Source: Camelus dromedarius (Eukaryota). From it: a stretch of 64,000 nt of DNA. The first letter of the stretch is position 1. The number at the start of each line of letters is the position of its first letter. The DNA lies in contig NC_087437.1 in NCBI RefSeq assembly GCF_036321535.1, forward strand, positions 48,610,001 through 48,674,000, written 5' to 3'. The notes under the pieces are model-generated. The model did no database searches. It was not told where the DNA came from and saw only the letters and a list, made by a program, of their open reading frames with translations. Below, one piece after another: positions 10,979-24,223 of this stretch. Made by a program: the position numbers and the translations under genes.

Positions 10979-13900
10979 AATATAAGGTGTGCTAATCTAC
11001 ACATAATAGGAATCTGAGAAGGAGAAGAAAGAGAAAAGGGGACTGAAAAGGTATCTTAAGAAATTATGGCTGAAAACTTCCCAAACCTAAAGAAGGAAAC
11101 AGATATCCAAATACAGGAAGCAGAGGGTCCCAAACACGATGAACCCAAACAGACCTACATCAAGACATATAATTAAAATGGCAAAAGTTAAAAAAGATTC
11201 TAAAGGCAACAAAATAAATGAAAGAGGATCAATAACAACTGATACTGCAGAAATACAAAAAAAAAAACTCATAAGAAAATACTATGAACAATTTTATGCC
11301 AATAAACTGGACAACCTAGAAGAAATGGACAAGTTTCTAGAAACATACAACCTGCTAAAACTGAATCAAGAAGAAACAGAACATTTGAACAGACTGATGA
11401 TAAGAAGCGAAACAGAATCTTTATGTATAAATACATACATACATACATACATACATACATACACTCCCTGAAAACAAAAGTCCAAGACCAGATGGCTTCA
11501 CTGGGGTATTCTACCCAACCTACAAGAACTTATACCTATTCTTTTCAAACTCTTCCAAAAGACTGAAGAGGAGGGAACACTCCCAAGTCATTCTATGAAG
11601 TCAACATCACCCTGATACCAAAACCAGACAAAGATAAAAAAAAAAAAAAAAAAAAAAAAGGATAATTACAGGGCACTACCTTTGATGAATATAGATGCAA
11701 AAATCCTCAACAAAATATTAGCAAACCAAAACCAACAACATATAATAAGATCATATACCATGATCAAGTTGGATTCACTCCAGGGTCACAAGGATGGTTC
11801 AACATACGCAGATCAATCAGTGTGATACACCACATCAACAAAAGAAAAGAAAAAAACCACATGATCATCTCAATAGATGCAGAAAAAGCATTTGATAAAA
11901 TTCAACATCCATTCATGATAAAAATGCTCACCAAAGTGGGTATAGAGGGAACATATCTCAACAAAATCCATTTATGACAAACCCACAGCTAACATAATAT
12001 TCAATGGTGAAAAGCTGAATGCTTTCCCCCTATATTCCAGAACAATACAAGGATGCCCATTCTCACCACTTTTATTCAACATTGTATTGGAAGTTTTAGC
12101 CACAGCAATCAGGCTAGAAAAAGGATCCAAATTGGAAGGGAAGAGGTAAAATTGTCATCATATGCAGATGACATGATACTCTACACAGAAAACCATAAAG
12201 GCTACATACAAAAACTATTAGGTCTGATAGGTGAATTTAGCAAGGTAGCAGGATACAAGATTAATATACAGAAATCAGTTGCATTTCTTTAAACTAACAA
12301 TGAAATATCAGAAAAGGAAAGTAAAGAAACAATCCAGTTTAAAATCACATCAAAAAAAAAAAAAAAAAAAAGATACCTAAGAATAAACCTAACCAAGGAG
12401 GTGAAAGACTTATATGCTGAGAACCATAAAACACTGAAAAAGGAAACTGAAGATAATTCAAAGAAATGGAAAGATATCCCATGCTCTTGCATTGGAAGAA
12501 TTAATAGTGTTAAAATGACCATACTACCCAAAGCAATCTACAGATTTAATGTGATCCCTATCAAATTACCCTTGACATTTTTCACAGAACTAGAATAAAT
12601 AATCCTAAAATTTATATGGACCCACGAAAGACCCAGAATTGCCAAAACATCCTGAGGAAAAGGAAAAAAGCTGGAGGCATAACCCTCCCAGACTTCAGAC
12701 TGACTATACTACAAAGCTACAGTAATCAAAACAGCATGGTATTGATACAAAAATACAGATATGTAGATCAATGGAACAGAATAGCCCAGAAATAAACCCA
12801 AACACCTATGGCCAATTAATCTTCAACAAAGGAGGCAAGAATACACAATGGAGAAAAGATAGTCTCTTCAGCAAGTGGTGTTGGGAAAGCTGGACAGCTG
12901 CATGTAAATCAATTAAGTTAGAACACTCCCTCACACCATACACAAAAATAAACTCAAAATGGTTTAAAGACTTAAAGATAAGACCTAACACCATTAAACT
13001 CATAGAAGAGAACATAGGCAAACATTCTCTGACATAAATAATAGCAATATTTTTTACATCAGTCTCCCAAGGCAAAAGAAATAAAAGCAAAGATAAAACA
13101 AATGGGACCTAATCAAACTTATAAGCTTTTGCACAGCAAAGGAAACCATAAACCAAACAAAAAGACAACCTATAGAATGGGAGAAAATATCTGCAAACAA
13201 TGTGACTGACAAGGGCTTAATTTCCAAAATATACAAACAGCTCAAACAACTCAATATCAAAAAACAACGAACCAATCAAAAAATGGACAGAAGACCTAAA
13301 TAGACATTTCTCCAAAGAAGACATACAGATAAGCCAGCAGGCATGTGAAAAGACGTTCAACATCGCTAATTATTAGAGAAATGCAAATCAAAACCACAAT
13401 GAGGTATCACCTCACATCAGTCAGTCAGAATGGCCATCATCAAAAAGTCTACAAATAACAATACAGAGAATATAGCCAATATTTTATAATAACTGTAAAT
13501 GAAAATTAACACTTAAAAATTCAATAAAAATTTTGAAAATTAAAAAAAAATTTAAGTCTACAAATAATAAATTCTGGAGAGTGTCTGGAGAAAAGGGAAC
13601 CCTCCTACACTGTTGTGGGAATGTAAATTGGTGCAGCCATTATTGAAAACAGTATGTACATTCCTTAAAAAACTACAAATAGGGTTACCATATGATCCAG
13701 TAATCCCACTCCTGAGTATATATCCAGATAAAACTACAACTTGGAAAGATATATGCACTCCAATGTTCACAGCAGCACTATTTACAATAGCCAAAACATG
13801 GAAGAAACCTAACTGTCCATCAACAGATGAATGGATAAAGAAGATGTGAGATATATGTATCATATATATATATGTATATGGCCATAAAAAAGAATAAAAT

Positions 13901-14330
13901 AATGCCATTGCAGCAACATGGATGGACCTAGAAATTATCATACTAAGTGAAGTAAGTCAGACAGAGAAAGACATATACAGTATCACTTTATATGTGGAGC
14001 CTAAAAAATAATACAAATGAACTTGTTTACAAAACAGTAAAAGACTCACAGACATAGAAAACAAAATTACAGTTACTAAAGGGGAAAGAGTGGAGGAGGG
14101 ATAAATTAGGAGTATAGGATTAACAGACATACACTGCTGTATATAAAATAGATAAACAATAAGAATTTACTGTATACAGAGGGACTGTATTCAATATCTT
14201 ATAAATTATAATGGAAAAGAATCTGAAAATTTCAGAATATATATATTTGGTTATATATATATAACCAAATCATGTTGTTATACACCTAAAACTAACCAAT
14301 ATTGTTTATCAACTATACTTCAATTTTTTT
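10979..14330 (+). mobile_element. 5'-truncated, internally deleted cetartiodactyl-type LINE-1 (ORF1 fragment, ORF2 RT/C-terminal region, 3' UTR), decayed
   Basis: ORF1-like [20 protein letters not shown]2 RT motifs [17 protein letters not shown] and YADDMILY; many frameshifts; TSD aaaataacatctatccc (10962-10978) / aaattaatatctatccc (14331-14347). Confidence 0.93.
13459..13553 (+). mobile_element. Short L1 3'-end insertion nested in the larger L1
   Basis: Perfect 14-bp TSD aagtctacaaataa at 13445-13458 and 13554-13567; L1 3' UTR motif gaatatagccaatattttataataactgtaaat and an A-rich tail. Confidence 0.85.
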
Positions 14331-14846
14331 AAATTAATATCTATCCCTCTACAGAGTTGTAAAGTATGTTAGCCAATAGAAAATCAATCAAAGGTGTGCA
14401 CTTCTGTAGAATCAGGCAATCCCTGGAAGGCCCACTAGAAAATGCCAAGTGTTTAGTGTCACCATGAGGTGGCATCATTGCAAATGCACTGATTGTTTTT
14501 GCCCATTTTCAGGCCATGGATAATTTTTCTCAATGTAAACCAGATTGAGTTTAGTTATAAAAAAAGTTTCATTTTTATACAACTGGCACATGTGAAGTGT
14601 TATGAGTAAAATATTTAAATATGCCACACAACAAAAATTGCGAATAACCATGTGGCAAGCTGTAGACCCTGGAGAAGATGGAAAGTGAAGTGAGGCATCA
14701 GGAAATTGAGACGGGCAACTGACAACCTTGATTAATTCCACATATTCCTGATACTGGCACAGAAGGAATACTCTTCCTCATAAAATTTGCCTGTCTTCCT
14801 GAGAAGTGAATTCTTCATCATCATCATTACCATGACAGCAAAAACA

Positions 14847-15070
14847 ATAATGATAACTAACATTTATTGAGGGCTCCTTTTGTTCCAGGTACTGTTTTAA
14901 GGGCTTTACATATATTTTGTCACTTCTAACAACAAAAATAACAATATTATCCTAATTTTGCAAGTGAGAAAACTAAAGCCTCAAATAGCTAAATAACTTA
15001 TTCAAGGTCACCTACCTAATCACTGATAGAGCCAAGGCATGGGCAAAGACACTCTAACACCAGTGCTTTT
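14847..15070 (-). mobile_element. MIR SINE
   Basis: aacatttattgaggg...tgttccaggtactgttttaagggctttaca...gagaaaactaaagcctc...aacttattcaaggtcac. Confidence 0.75.
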
Positions 15071-16280
15071 ATGTAACTCATCAGATCCCTTGTTGGTAGA
15101 GAAAGTTAACTGGAACTGCAACATCTGTCTACTTCCCAGCTTAACAGACTCGAACCTACCATTCACCTCTTGGGAACCTTCAAAACCTGAGAGGAGGAAA
15201 GGCCTGTTAATACTGGGCAGAAGCACGAAGTACCACAGACTGACGAGTTATAAGAAGGGTTTGAGACCTGGGACTCATTTCTCATACATGAGTTAGGTGG
15301 AATTTCCTGAGGCAAAGCAGCAGAGTGTGCAGTATGTGTTTGGGGCATCCTTAAAGAAGGACTACAGAAGAAAACTTGCAAGATTAAGTAGAAGTCAAAG
15401 GGAAGGCACATCCACAAGGGCCATCCTCAAAAAGTGTGAACTGGGGACCTCCTTCCCACTCCTATCCATGTATGATACAGGAAAAATGAGTTAGTTAAAA
15501 TTCCCATTCCTTCTTCGTAGTTTTGAGTAACTTCCCAGACCTCTCTGTAAAGGAAATCACACCTGTTCAGGGTATTTTCTACATGGGAAAGATGAAGATA
15601 GCAATAGTCAGGAAGGAAACTGCATCCAATTCCTGATCACTTCTAAACTGCCCCTTAAGTTTATGAGGTAAAGATAACCATGAGACAGCAGACAACTCTC
15701 AGAACATCAGAGCAGATTCACCAGATCTGTTTGTCTTCCATCCAATATGAAGGCAAAGGAACAACCCCCTTCCTCTCTGGACATCTGCCACACACAGCAA
15801 TGGTAAACTGGGGTATAAGAGTCAGAGTGGGGCAGCTCCAGGTGACGATAAAGTCTAGGGTGTGGTCATACAAATGGGTGACAGTGAAGTAAAGCTCTGA
15901 GCCCGAGGTGTTGAACAGGTTGTCACATGCATATATATTAGACAGCCAGAGTGGCAGCAGGTCTTAGAATAAAAGAGGTTACGACCCTTGAGTAAATGAG
16001 AGAAAACAACATCACACAAATGACAGTCCAAAAAAAAAAAAGAAAAAACAACAGTGGTCCAGACCTCTCTTTGACCTAATGGATGTGTATAAAACTAATA
16101 TTGCTTTAGTACCTCCATCTAGCAACTGATGTTTTCTGTCCCTAATCAAGTTCAGTAACTTCTAGAGTGCTATAAAATTTGGAATTTCACAGCAAAAAAA
16201 AAAATTGCCATTTTGGTTGCTAACAAAGAGCTAAGAAAGAAAGGATACTTCATTTTATCACAAGTATAAATCAAGATTAC

Positions 16281-16404
16281 CTTTATTACATAATAGGCCT
16301 GTGTTTTCTCCTCTTCTCCTTCAGGAGGCAGCATAACAACAGTAAGGATTTCATATCTGTTCTTCAGCTTATCAATTTTACTTAGCCGCTCATGAAACTC
16401 AGTG
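16281..16404 (-). CDS. CCDC39: CCDC39 exon 14 (124 nt)
   Basis: (S)[45 protein letters not shown]. Confidence 0.96.
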
Positions 16405-16799
16405 CTAGTATGAAAACAAAAAGAAAGGGAAAACACTGAAAAACAAATAGCATACTTTTTTCAAAAATAGACTATACCGTTTTTGCTAGTTACTTTTTCC
16501 CTTTTATCACAGTAAATTTATGTTTTTTGTTTCAAACTTATTTTATTATAATACTAATAACACTAATATATGCATAGCAATGCAAAGAACGACTCATCTG
16601 TGTGCTACAACCTCATGAAAGGGAGCCTTCCAACCATGGTCAAAAGAAATCTTCAACCTACCAGTTTTCTACTCCTACATAAAGCTGATGGTAAAATACG
16701 TTAAGTATCAGAGTTACAGCTTTGCTTGTTTTTAAGTATTATCGTTGTTTCATCAGAAAGTATTTATTCATCTTTTAAGTGATTGTAAACAACAAGGTT

Positions 16800-18646
16800 T
16801 GTTAGACTTCCAGCTTTAAGATGGTGGACTAAGCACAAGCGTAACTCTCCTCCTTCCTAAAATGGAAACGATTAAAAGAAAAAAAAAACCTCACCACAGC
16901 TCTGGGAACAAGAAAGACAATTTTTTTTTCATGAATTCATGAAAAAATGGAAAGCAAATACAATATGATTGACAGGAGAAAAAATGGATACACACACTGA
17001 AGATTAATATAGAAATAAAGGACACTTCTTTCCAAAGAAGTCTAGAGAAAATCCAAACTCAGGAATAAGAAAGAAAAAGAGCAAAAGTGATCTTTGAGGG
17101 TATTAATAAGGTAATTAATAAAAGGATTGCCTACAGAACATCTGGGCCACTCTCAGCGCCTCAAAGTACACAGAAATATTAGCAGGAATTATTTCTGTTC
17201 CAATGATAATCTCCAAAATTACCAGAGTTCCTACGGTTGCACATTGAACCTGGAGAGAAAAGTGAAAAAGAACATGATGTAATTCCAGACCTCCACAATA
17301 GTGGAGGTTAATAAAAAAAGGCAGTTCTAGTCAGGAATGAAAGTTTTCATCGCCCAAAATAAACTCCTTATGCTCCAGATAGACTACCCTAGAGCGCAGA
17401 GTCAGCCCTTCCAGTTAGGGGAGAGACCTGTTAGAAAAAGAGATCTACCTAATTGTTGAAGAAACCATATCAGCTAGCTATACCAATCATCATGGTTATT
17501 AATTAAGCATTTGTTAATAAATACAACAGAAAGCCAAAGGCTATCAGCATTTATGAAAAGCCAGCAGCATGAATAAAAAGAAAATGAGTCAAAACAGAAC
17601 AGACCCTAAGAAAAACAAAGATAATACATGAGACAGAAAAGAACCTTCAGAGTATTCTAATTAGTATCGTCTAAAAGATGAAAGAATATTGCACCCCAAA
17701 ATAGTCATAAAACAAGAATGGGCCACTATGAAAAGAGAGAACCAATGAAAGAACAGAGTTCTTACAAATAATCTTCCCTTTTTAATCTAAAAGTAGTGAA
17801 GAATGTCAGGCACGGTGGCACTCCTGCAGTCCCAGCGACTCAGGAGGCTGAGGCAGGAGGACTGCTTGAGGCCAGGAGTTCTGGGCTGTCCTGCACTATG
17901 CCGATCAGGAGTCCCCACTAAGTTCAGCCTCAATATGTGACCTCCAGGGAGCAGGAGACCACCAGGTTGCCTCAGGAGGGGTGAACTGGCCCAGGTCAGA
18001 AACACAACAGGTCAAAAGAGTGAATCAATGATATAGAGAGAGGGAGAAAGAGAAGGGCAGGGAATGGGGAGAAGACAGAAAGGAGGGGGATGGGGAGAGA
18101 GAGAATACCTTAAAAAATGAAATAAAAATAATAAAAAATAAAAACAAGACAAAAATTTAAAAATCTGGAAGACAAATCTAAGAAGGCCAACACCCACTAA
18201 AAATGAGCAACACATGGGGAGAGTGGTGTGGAAAAAAATATTAAAGAATTAAAATATTTTCCTGAGCTGAAGAAAGACTTGAATGAAATAACTGAAAGAG
18301 CTCACCAAAGAAAAATGAGAAAGTATAAAACACCCAGATATATACATGGAAATTCTAAAATGCTCCCAAATAAAAACACTGTCCTAAAGCTTCCAGAAAG
18401 AAAACAAGGTTCCCTACAAAATCAGATGAATTAGTCTGGAATCAGACCTCTCATAAACAACACTTTAGTCTAGAAGAATATGAAACAATGGTTTCAAACT
18501 TCAACTCTAATTCAAATATGGGGTAGAATAAATATGTTTTAAACATGCAAGGACTCAAAAATTTCAGAAAACATCAGTCCTGGGAAAAAAATTACAAAAT
18601 ATACTCCAGAGAAATGAAATGAGAATCCAAGAAAATATTATGACAA
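16800..18646 (+). mobile_element. Ancient L1M/HAL1-like 5' and ORF1 remnants, interrupted by the 7SL copy
   Basis: L1-like start gacttccagctttaagatggtggac; decayed ORF1-like MEKNIKELKYFPELKKDLNEITERAHQ...TPRYI; boundaries approximate. Confidence 0.55.
17805..18017 (+). pseudogene. RN7SL: 7SL (SRP) RNA retropseudogene, 3'-truncated
   Basis: The Alu-domain 5' arm is followed by the S domain (ctatgccgatc...actaagttc...accaccaggttgcctcaggaggggtgaactggcccaggtc), so this is not an Alu. It ends at caggtcaaaa. Confidence 0.93.
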
Positions 18647-18660
18647 AAGGTACATGAAAG

Positions 18661-19224
18661 GCAGCACTATATACAATAGCCAAAACATGGAAGCAATCTA
18701 AATGTCCCTTGACAGATGACTCGATAAAGAAGCTGTGGTATATTGCTACAATGGAATACTACTCAGCCATAAAAAAGAATAAAATAATGCCATTTGCAGC
18801 AATATGGATGGACCTAGAGATCATCATTCTAAGTGAAGTCACAAAGAGAAAGAAAAATACCCTATAGTATCACTCATATGTGGAATCTAAAAGAGAAAAA
18901 AAAAAGGACACTATGAACTCATCTACAAAACAAAAACAAACTCAGACATAGTAAACAATCTTGTGGTTGCCAGGGAAAGGGGGCGGGAAAGGATAAACTT
19001 AGGAGTTTGAGATTTGCAAATGTTAGCCACTATACATAAAAAAAGATTTTAAAAATGTTTCTTCTGTATAGCACAGGGAACTATATTTAATATCTTATAA
19101 TAACCTTTAATGGAAAAGAATATGAAAATGAATACATGTATGTATATGCATCACTGGGACATTGTGCTGTACACCAGAAATTGACACATTGTAACTGACT
19201 ACTTTAATAAAAAGAAATTTTTTT
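18661..19224 (+). mobile_element. Lineage-specific L1 3' end
   Basis: ORF2 C-terminus plus 3' UTR (tatagcacagggaactatatt...gacacattgtaactgact); TSD aaggtacatgaaag 18647-18660 / aagatacatgaaag 19225-19238. Confidence 0.9.
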
Positions 19225-19689
19225 AAGATACATGAAAGAATATTAAAACAATAAACATGTAAAATGTGGGTAGGCTGAAATTATTGCTGGCAATGGGCTG
19301 TACAGTTTAATGCAAGTTATAAGAAAGGAGTTCTTTTAAAAGTAGAGACATAATATTAAAAACAATAAATAATAACCTGAAACTATAATCAATGATTTCA
19401 ACAATACATGAAGGATGGAGAGAAGAAATGCAGCAGTAAAAGATGCTAAAAGTCTTAATTCATTTAGGAAGGAAAAATAATAGGAACGACTTAATCTTCA
19501 GTATTCATAGAGAGATAGGGAGATTAGAGTTTCTTCTGAATTTAAGAATAAACAACCAGTAAAAAAAATAAATAAATTCTGCATCAAACTAAAAAAAAAA
19601 AGAATAAACAAAAAAATAATTAAAATTAAAATGTGTATCTACAAACAAAGGGGAAAAAAGTAAAACCAATGAAAGACAGGAAAGACAAA

Positions 19690-19905
19690 AAGAATACCTA
19701 CCATATGATCCAGCTATTCCATTTCTAGGTATCTACCCAAGAAAAAAGAAAGCACGTGTCCATACCAAGAATATATATGTTCATAGCAGCTTTATCTGCA
19801 ACAGCCCGAAACTACAAACAATTCAAATATTCATCAACAGATAAATGTATATATATATATTGGCACAGACACATACAATGGAATATTACCACTTTGCAAT
19901 AAAAA
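19690..19905 (+). mobile_element. Old L1M 3' fragment
   Basis: ccatatgatccagctattccatttctaggtatctacccaa...tgttcatagcagctttat. Confidence 0.7.
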
Positions 19906-20225
19906 GCTGAGATCAGCAAACAATCCTAAACCTGCTACTTGTTTTTATACAGCCTAGGGTAGGAGCAAAGAATGACTTTTACATTTTTTAATGTAAAATG
20001 GTTGAAAAATTAAGAGAAAATTTATATTTCATGAAACATAAAAATATATGAAGTTCTAACTTCAGTGTCCATAAAGTTTTACTGGAACACAGCCAACTCA
20101 TTTATTTGCATATTGCCTAGGGCTGCTTACACTCCACAATGGCAGAGTTGAGTTGCTGCAACAGAGGCCATATGGCTCACAAAACCTATAATATTTACTA
20201 TCGGCCCTTATAGAGAATTGTGTGG
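19906..20225. mobile_element. MER58B-like hAT-Charlie element
   Basis: ataaagttttactggaacacagcca...caatggcagagttgagttgctgcaacagaggccatatggctcacaaaacct...atatttactatcggccctta. Confidence 0.75.
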
Positions 20226-20229
20226 GTTA

Positions 20230-21800
20230 CAGCTAAGTAATACTTAGAAAATTGTTTCAGCCTTCAAGGTAAATTAATTATCTATCTCAAGAAGTCAGAA
20301 AAAGAACATCAAAATAAACCCCCCAAAAATAGAAGAAAAAATAGTAAACGTGAGAGCAGCAGTTAGTAAAATAAAAAATGAATTCACAATTTTAAAAAAT
20401 CAGCAAGAGTTTATTTTTTTCAAATAAAATTCACTAACTACTGGCAAGACTTATGCCATCCAAAAAAAAAGTCACAAATAATCAGTATCAAGAATGAAAA
20501 GCTACAAACACTATAGCTATTAAACATATAATAAAATTATATTGTGAAAAACTTTACGGCAATAACTTTGAAAATTTAAGTGAAATGGAAAATTTTTCCT
20601 AGAGAAAAATATAATTTACTAAAACAGACTCAAGAAGAAATATAATATCTGCATTGTCCTATAACCAATAAATAAATTGAACCAACAGCTGAAAATCCTC
20701 AAAAAACTCCAGATTCCCAATGGCTTTACCAGTGAGGTATTTGAAAGTTTAAGAAAGATATAATTCTGCTTTTATAAACTTGTCCAGAGGATAGAAAAAT
20801 AAGAACACAAAAATAATTTTATAAAAGTAGACATAACCCTCATAACCTGAAAACTTGACAAGGGCAGGAGAGAAAGGAGAATTATAAACAGAGATACAAA
20901 AATTGTATAAAGATATTAGGAAACAAAATCTAGGCCTATACAAAATGTAATATGTGACAGACAGTTGTGTTTATTACAGGAATGTAAGTTTGTTTTAGCT
21001 TTGAAAAAGCAATGAATATATTCAATTATATTAACAGATTGAAGAAACTACATCATAACAATAAGTACAAAAAAGCATACAGTAAGTCAACATTCATTCT
21101 TGATTAAACAAATGAAAACAACCTCTTCCAGAAACTGACACAATATTGTAAACTGACTACATACTTCAATAAAAAAGAATGCAAATTAAAAAAAAAAAAA
21201 CCTCTTAACAAATAATGAAAATACATGGGAGCTCCCTTAATATCATACAGAGTATCTCAAAAAAACACCACGGTAAAGTTGATACTTAACAATAAAACAA
21301 TGAAAACTTTCCCTTTGAGATCAAGCACCTGCAAGATGAGGGTACCTGCAATCACCACTGCTTTTCAGCAGTGAACTGAAGGTTACATAACAAGGGCAAT
21401 AAAGCGAGAAAAACAAAAGAGAAAAATTGAAAAGGAAGACACAAAACTGTTATTTGCCAAAAATGTCAGTGAAATACCTAGAAATTAGAATCTACAGATC
21501 AATTGTTAGAATTAATAAGAGTTTAAGCAAGGTTGGTTGCTGGATACTTAATATACAGAAACCAAATGTATTTCTATATACCAGTAACAAACCAAAAATG
21601 AAATGTTATAAAAGAGATAATGTTGACAGTAACATTATAAAAAAACATGTAGCCAGAAATAAATCTTATAGAAGATATGCAAAACCTATATGAAAAAACT
21701 GCTTCAATAAAGGCAGCTGTTGGGTATCCATAAGGGAAAGTATGTTATTAGACCCTTACCACAAACCACACACAAAAATCAATTCCAATTAAAGATCTTA
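20230..21800 (+). mobile_element. Ancient L1M ORF2 remnants, with a small young L1 tail inserted at about 21128-21198
   Basis: Decayed ORF2-like tracts (aaactccagattcccaatggctttaccagtgag; gcaaggttggttgctggatacttaatatacagaaacc); boundaries approximate. Confidence 0.65.
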
Positions 21801-22030
21801 ACATAAATAAGGGAAATCCAAAGAATGAGGTAGGAGTTAGCTTAAGGAAAGAGAAAGGAAAAAGCATAGATTTGTGGATAAAATATTTCCTATGTATTAT
21901 ATTAAAAGCTTTTTCAAATGAGTAAGAAAAAGATGGACAAGCAAGGTGGTGGAGGTGGCAGCCAGCTCTTCTGATATTACCCTTACATTTTCAAAATGCT
22001 AAAGCAGAACTTTAAAATTCTAATTAATAC

Positions 22031-22239
22031 CTTATGTTTTGCCGTTCTTGGTCAACATATCGTATTTGTGATGCAAGCATTGTTTTGTGAACCTTAATTT
22101 CTTCAGTCCGTTCTTCCATAGCTGAGTATAATTGTTGCTTTCTTTTTTCCAGAGAAAGAACTTCTTCTGCCTTACTGTGAAGCATTTCTCGAGTACGTTT
22201 AACTTCAAGTTTTAAAAGATTGTCTTCTACCATCAGATC
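22031..22239 (-). CDS. CCDC39: CCDC39 exon 13 (209 nt)
   Basis: [69 protein letters not shown](S); AG/GT. Confidence 0.96.
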
Positions 22240-22796
22240 CTAACAATATAACAAAATCATCAGCTATTGATATAATCATTTGTGCACCTAAACCAAAATG
22301 TGTTTCTTTTTTATTGCTACAAAAGTGAAACCTGAAAATACAATTTCTTCCAATTTCTAAATATTAATTAGGGTTAAATTTAAATTGCTCCAAGTCATGA
22401 CTTGGTTTTTCTTTTCTTTTTATTATAAGAAAAGGGTTTACAGCTATTCCAAGTCTTTTATTATAAATTAAATTTTAAATTCAAGTTTTACTTAAAAAAA
22501 GTAAGAAGTTATTCCTAAAATTGAAACTTACAATATCCAGAATATATATACAGGCCTATGGATGAGGATTTTTATATTCTAAACTAAATCATACAGAATA
22601 ATGTGTAAATAAATTTTTATTTTAAAACAACTCAGTCATGACTATTGATGCAAGAATACACAAATAGATCAATTTTCAGAATAGAAAGCCTAGAAAAAAT
22701 ACTCCAGAATATAAGATTTTACTGTTTGAAAACATAGCCTTTCAGTTGGAGAAAAGATTAGATCCCCACATCTCATATGTACCAAAAATAAACTCC

Positions 22797-23029
22797 AATA
22801 AAACAGATAAACAAGTTTCTACTGTACAGCACAGGGAACTATATTTAATATCTTGTAGTAACTTATAATGAAAAAGATTATGAAAACAAATTAATACATA
22901 ATTCATGTACATGTATGACTGAAAACATTATGCTGTATACCAGAAATTGACACATTGTAAACTGACTATACTTCAATTAAAAAATAATAAATAAATTTTA
23001 AAAATGCAAAATAATAATAATAATAATTT
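22797..23029 (+). mobile_element. Young L1 3' end inserted into older L1M remnants
   Basis: Perfect 13-bp TSD aaaaataaactcc at 22784-22796 and 23030-23042; 3' UTR motif actgtacagcacagggaactatatt. Confidence 0.9.
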
Positions 23030-24085
23030 AAAAATAAACTCCTGGTCAATTTAAAAAACTTAATATAAGAGATGAAGCCAATGCAGCTACTAGAAACAGT
23101 TGCTATTTGAGTTTTTGTGTGATGAAGACATTTCTAAGCATAAAAATTATACAGGGAAAAACACTTAAATATTTGATATTAAAAAAAGTTTCTATGTCAA
23201 AAAAACTGAATTAAAATTTACAGACAATGGGACAAATACTGACAATATTTATGAGTTAATATTTTTACACATAAAGATCTTTTGCAAAGCAATTTAAAAA
23301 TATAAACCTCCTAGTAGAAATATGGGCCCAAAAAATAAACCTAGAAATCCAAAAGAAAAATTATGGAACATAACAGAAAAAATGTTTCAAACATTTTAAC
23401 TGAAACATAAATATTTTAAATTTTATGTTTAAACTTTAGATGTTTTAAAATGTCACCAGTGCAGGCTAAAATCAATGAGATATCATGTTTGCCCATCAAA
23501 TTGACAACAATTTTATAAATTATAATACCCAGCCCTGGTGGTGGTGAGTAAAATAGAAAATTTACATACTGCTGGTGGCAGTATTAACTGAACCCTACAG
23601 AGGGAAACTTGGCTTGAAAATGGTTTCAAGGCACCAAAAATGTTCATTCTTTTTGAACCATAATTATACAGCTGGAAATTTATCCTAAAGAACTACATGA
23701 AGAACTGTACAATAAAATATACGCATAGTACATGATAGTACTATTTAGAAGAGCCAAACAATGGTAACAAACATATATCCAAAAAATAGGAGATGGTTAA
23801 ATAAATTATTGTAACTTTATGCAATGGACTGTAGGAAGTCATTGAAGATATTTAATGTTTAGGAAACACGTACAATGTATTTTTAAGGTTTTAAATACAA
23901 TACATAAAGCAAATTCTCTTCAAAAGATTGAAAGAAAATAATATACTATAACATTGTTTATCTTGTGTACAGTGATATAGTGACTTATTTCCTTCTTTAT
24001 AATTTGGTATATTTAAAATTTTTTCTACAATTAGCATGAAAACATATGCTTTTTAATAGTATTTATACATATGATTTTATTGCAC

Positions 24086-24223
24086 CTGTTTCAAAGCTTT
24101 GGCTTTATTAAGTTCTTTCTCTGATCTGTCATTGAAAAGGTTCAATTCATTTATTTTGGTCATGAGGGACTGCTTTTCATCACAATTTTTACTATTTGAC
24201 TTCTTGATAAAGTAAAGATCATT
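24086..24223 (-). CDS. CCDC39: CCDC39 exon 12 (138 nt)
   Basis: [50 protein letters not shown]. Confidence 0.95.

Noticed and set aside
11139..13849. ORFs with reverse transcriptase similarity as an active or novel RT system (also 29438-31257)
   Set aside because: These are fragmented L1 ORF2 pieces with many stops and frameshifts and no endonuclease domain.
17805..17890. Alu element or primate contamination
   Set aside because: The sequence continues into the 7SL S domain, which Alus lack, so it is a 7SL retrocopy.
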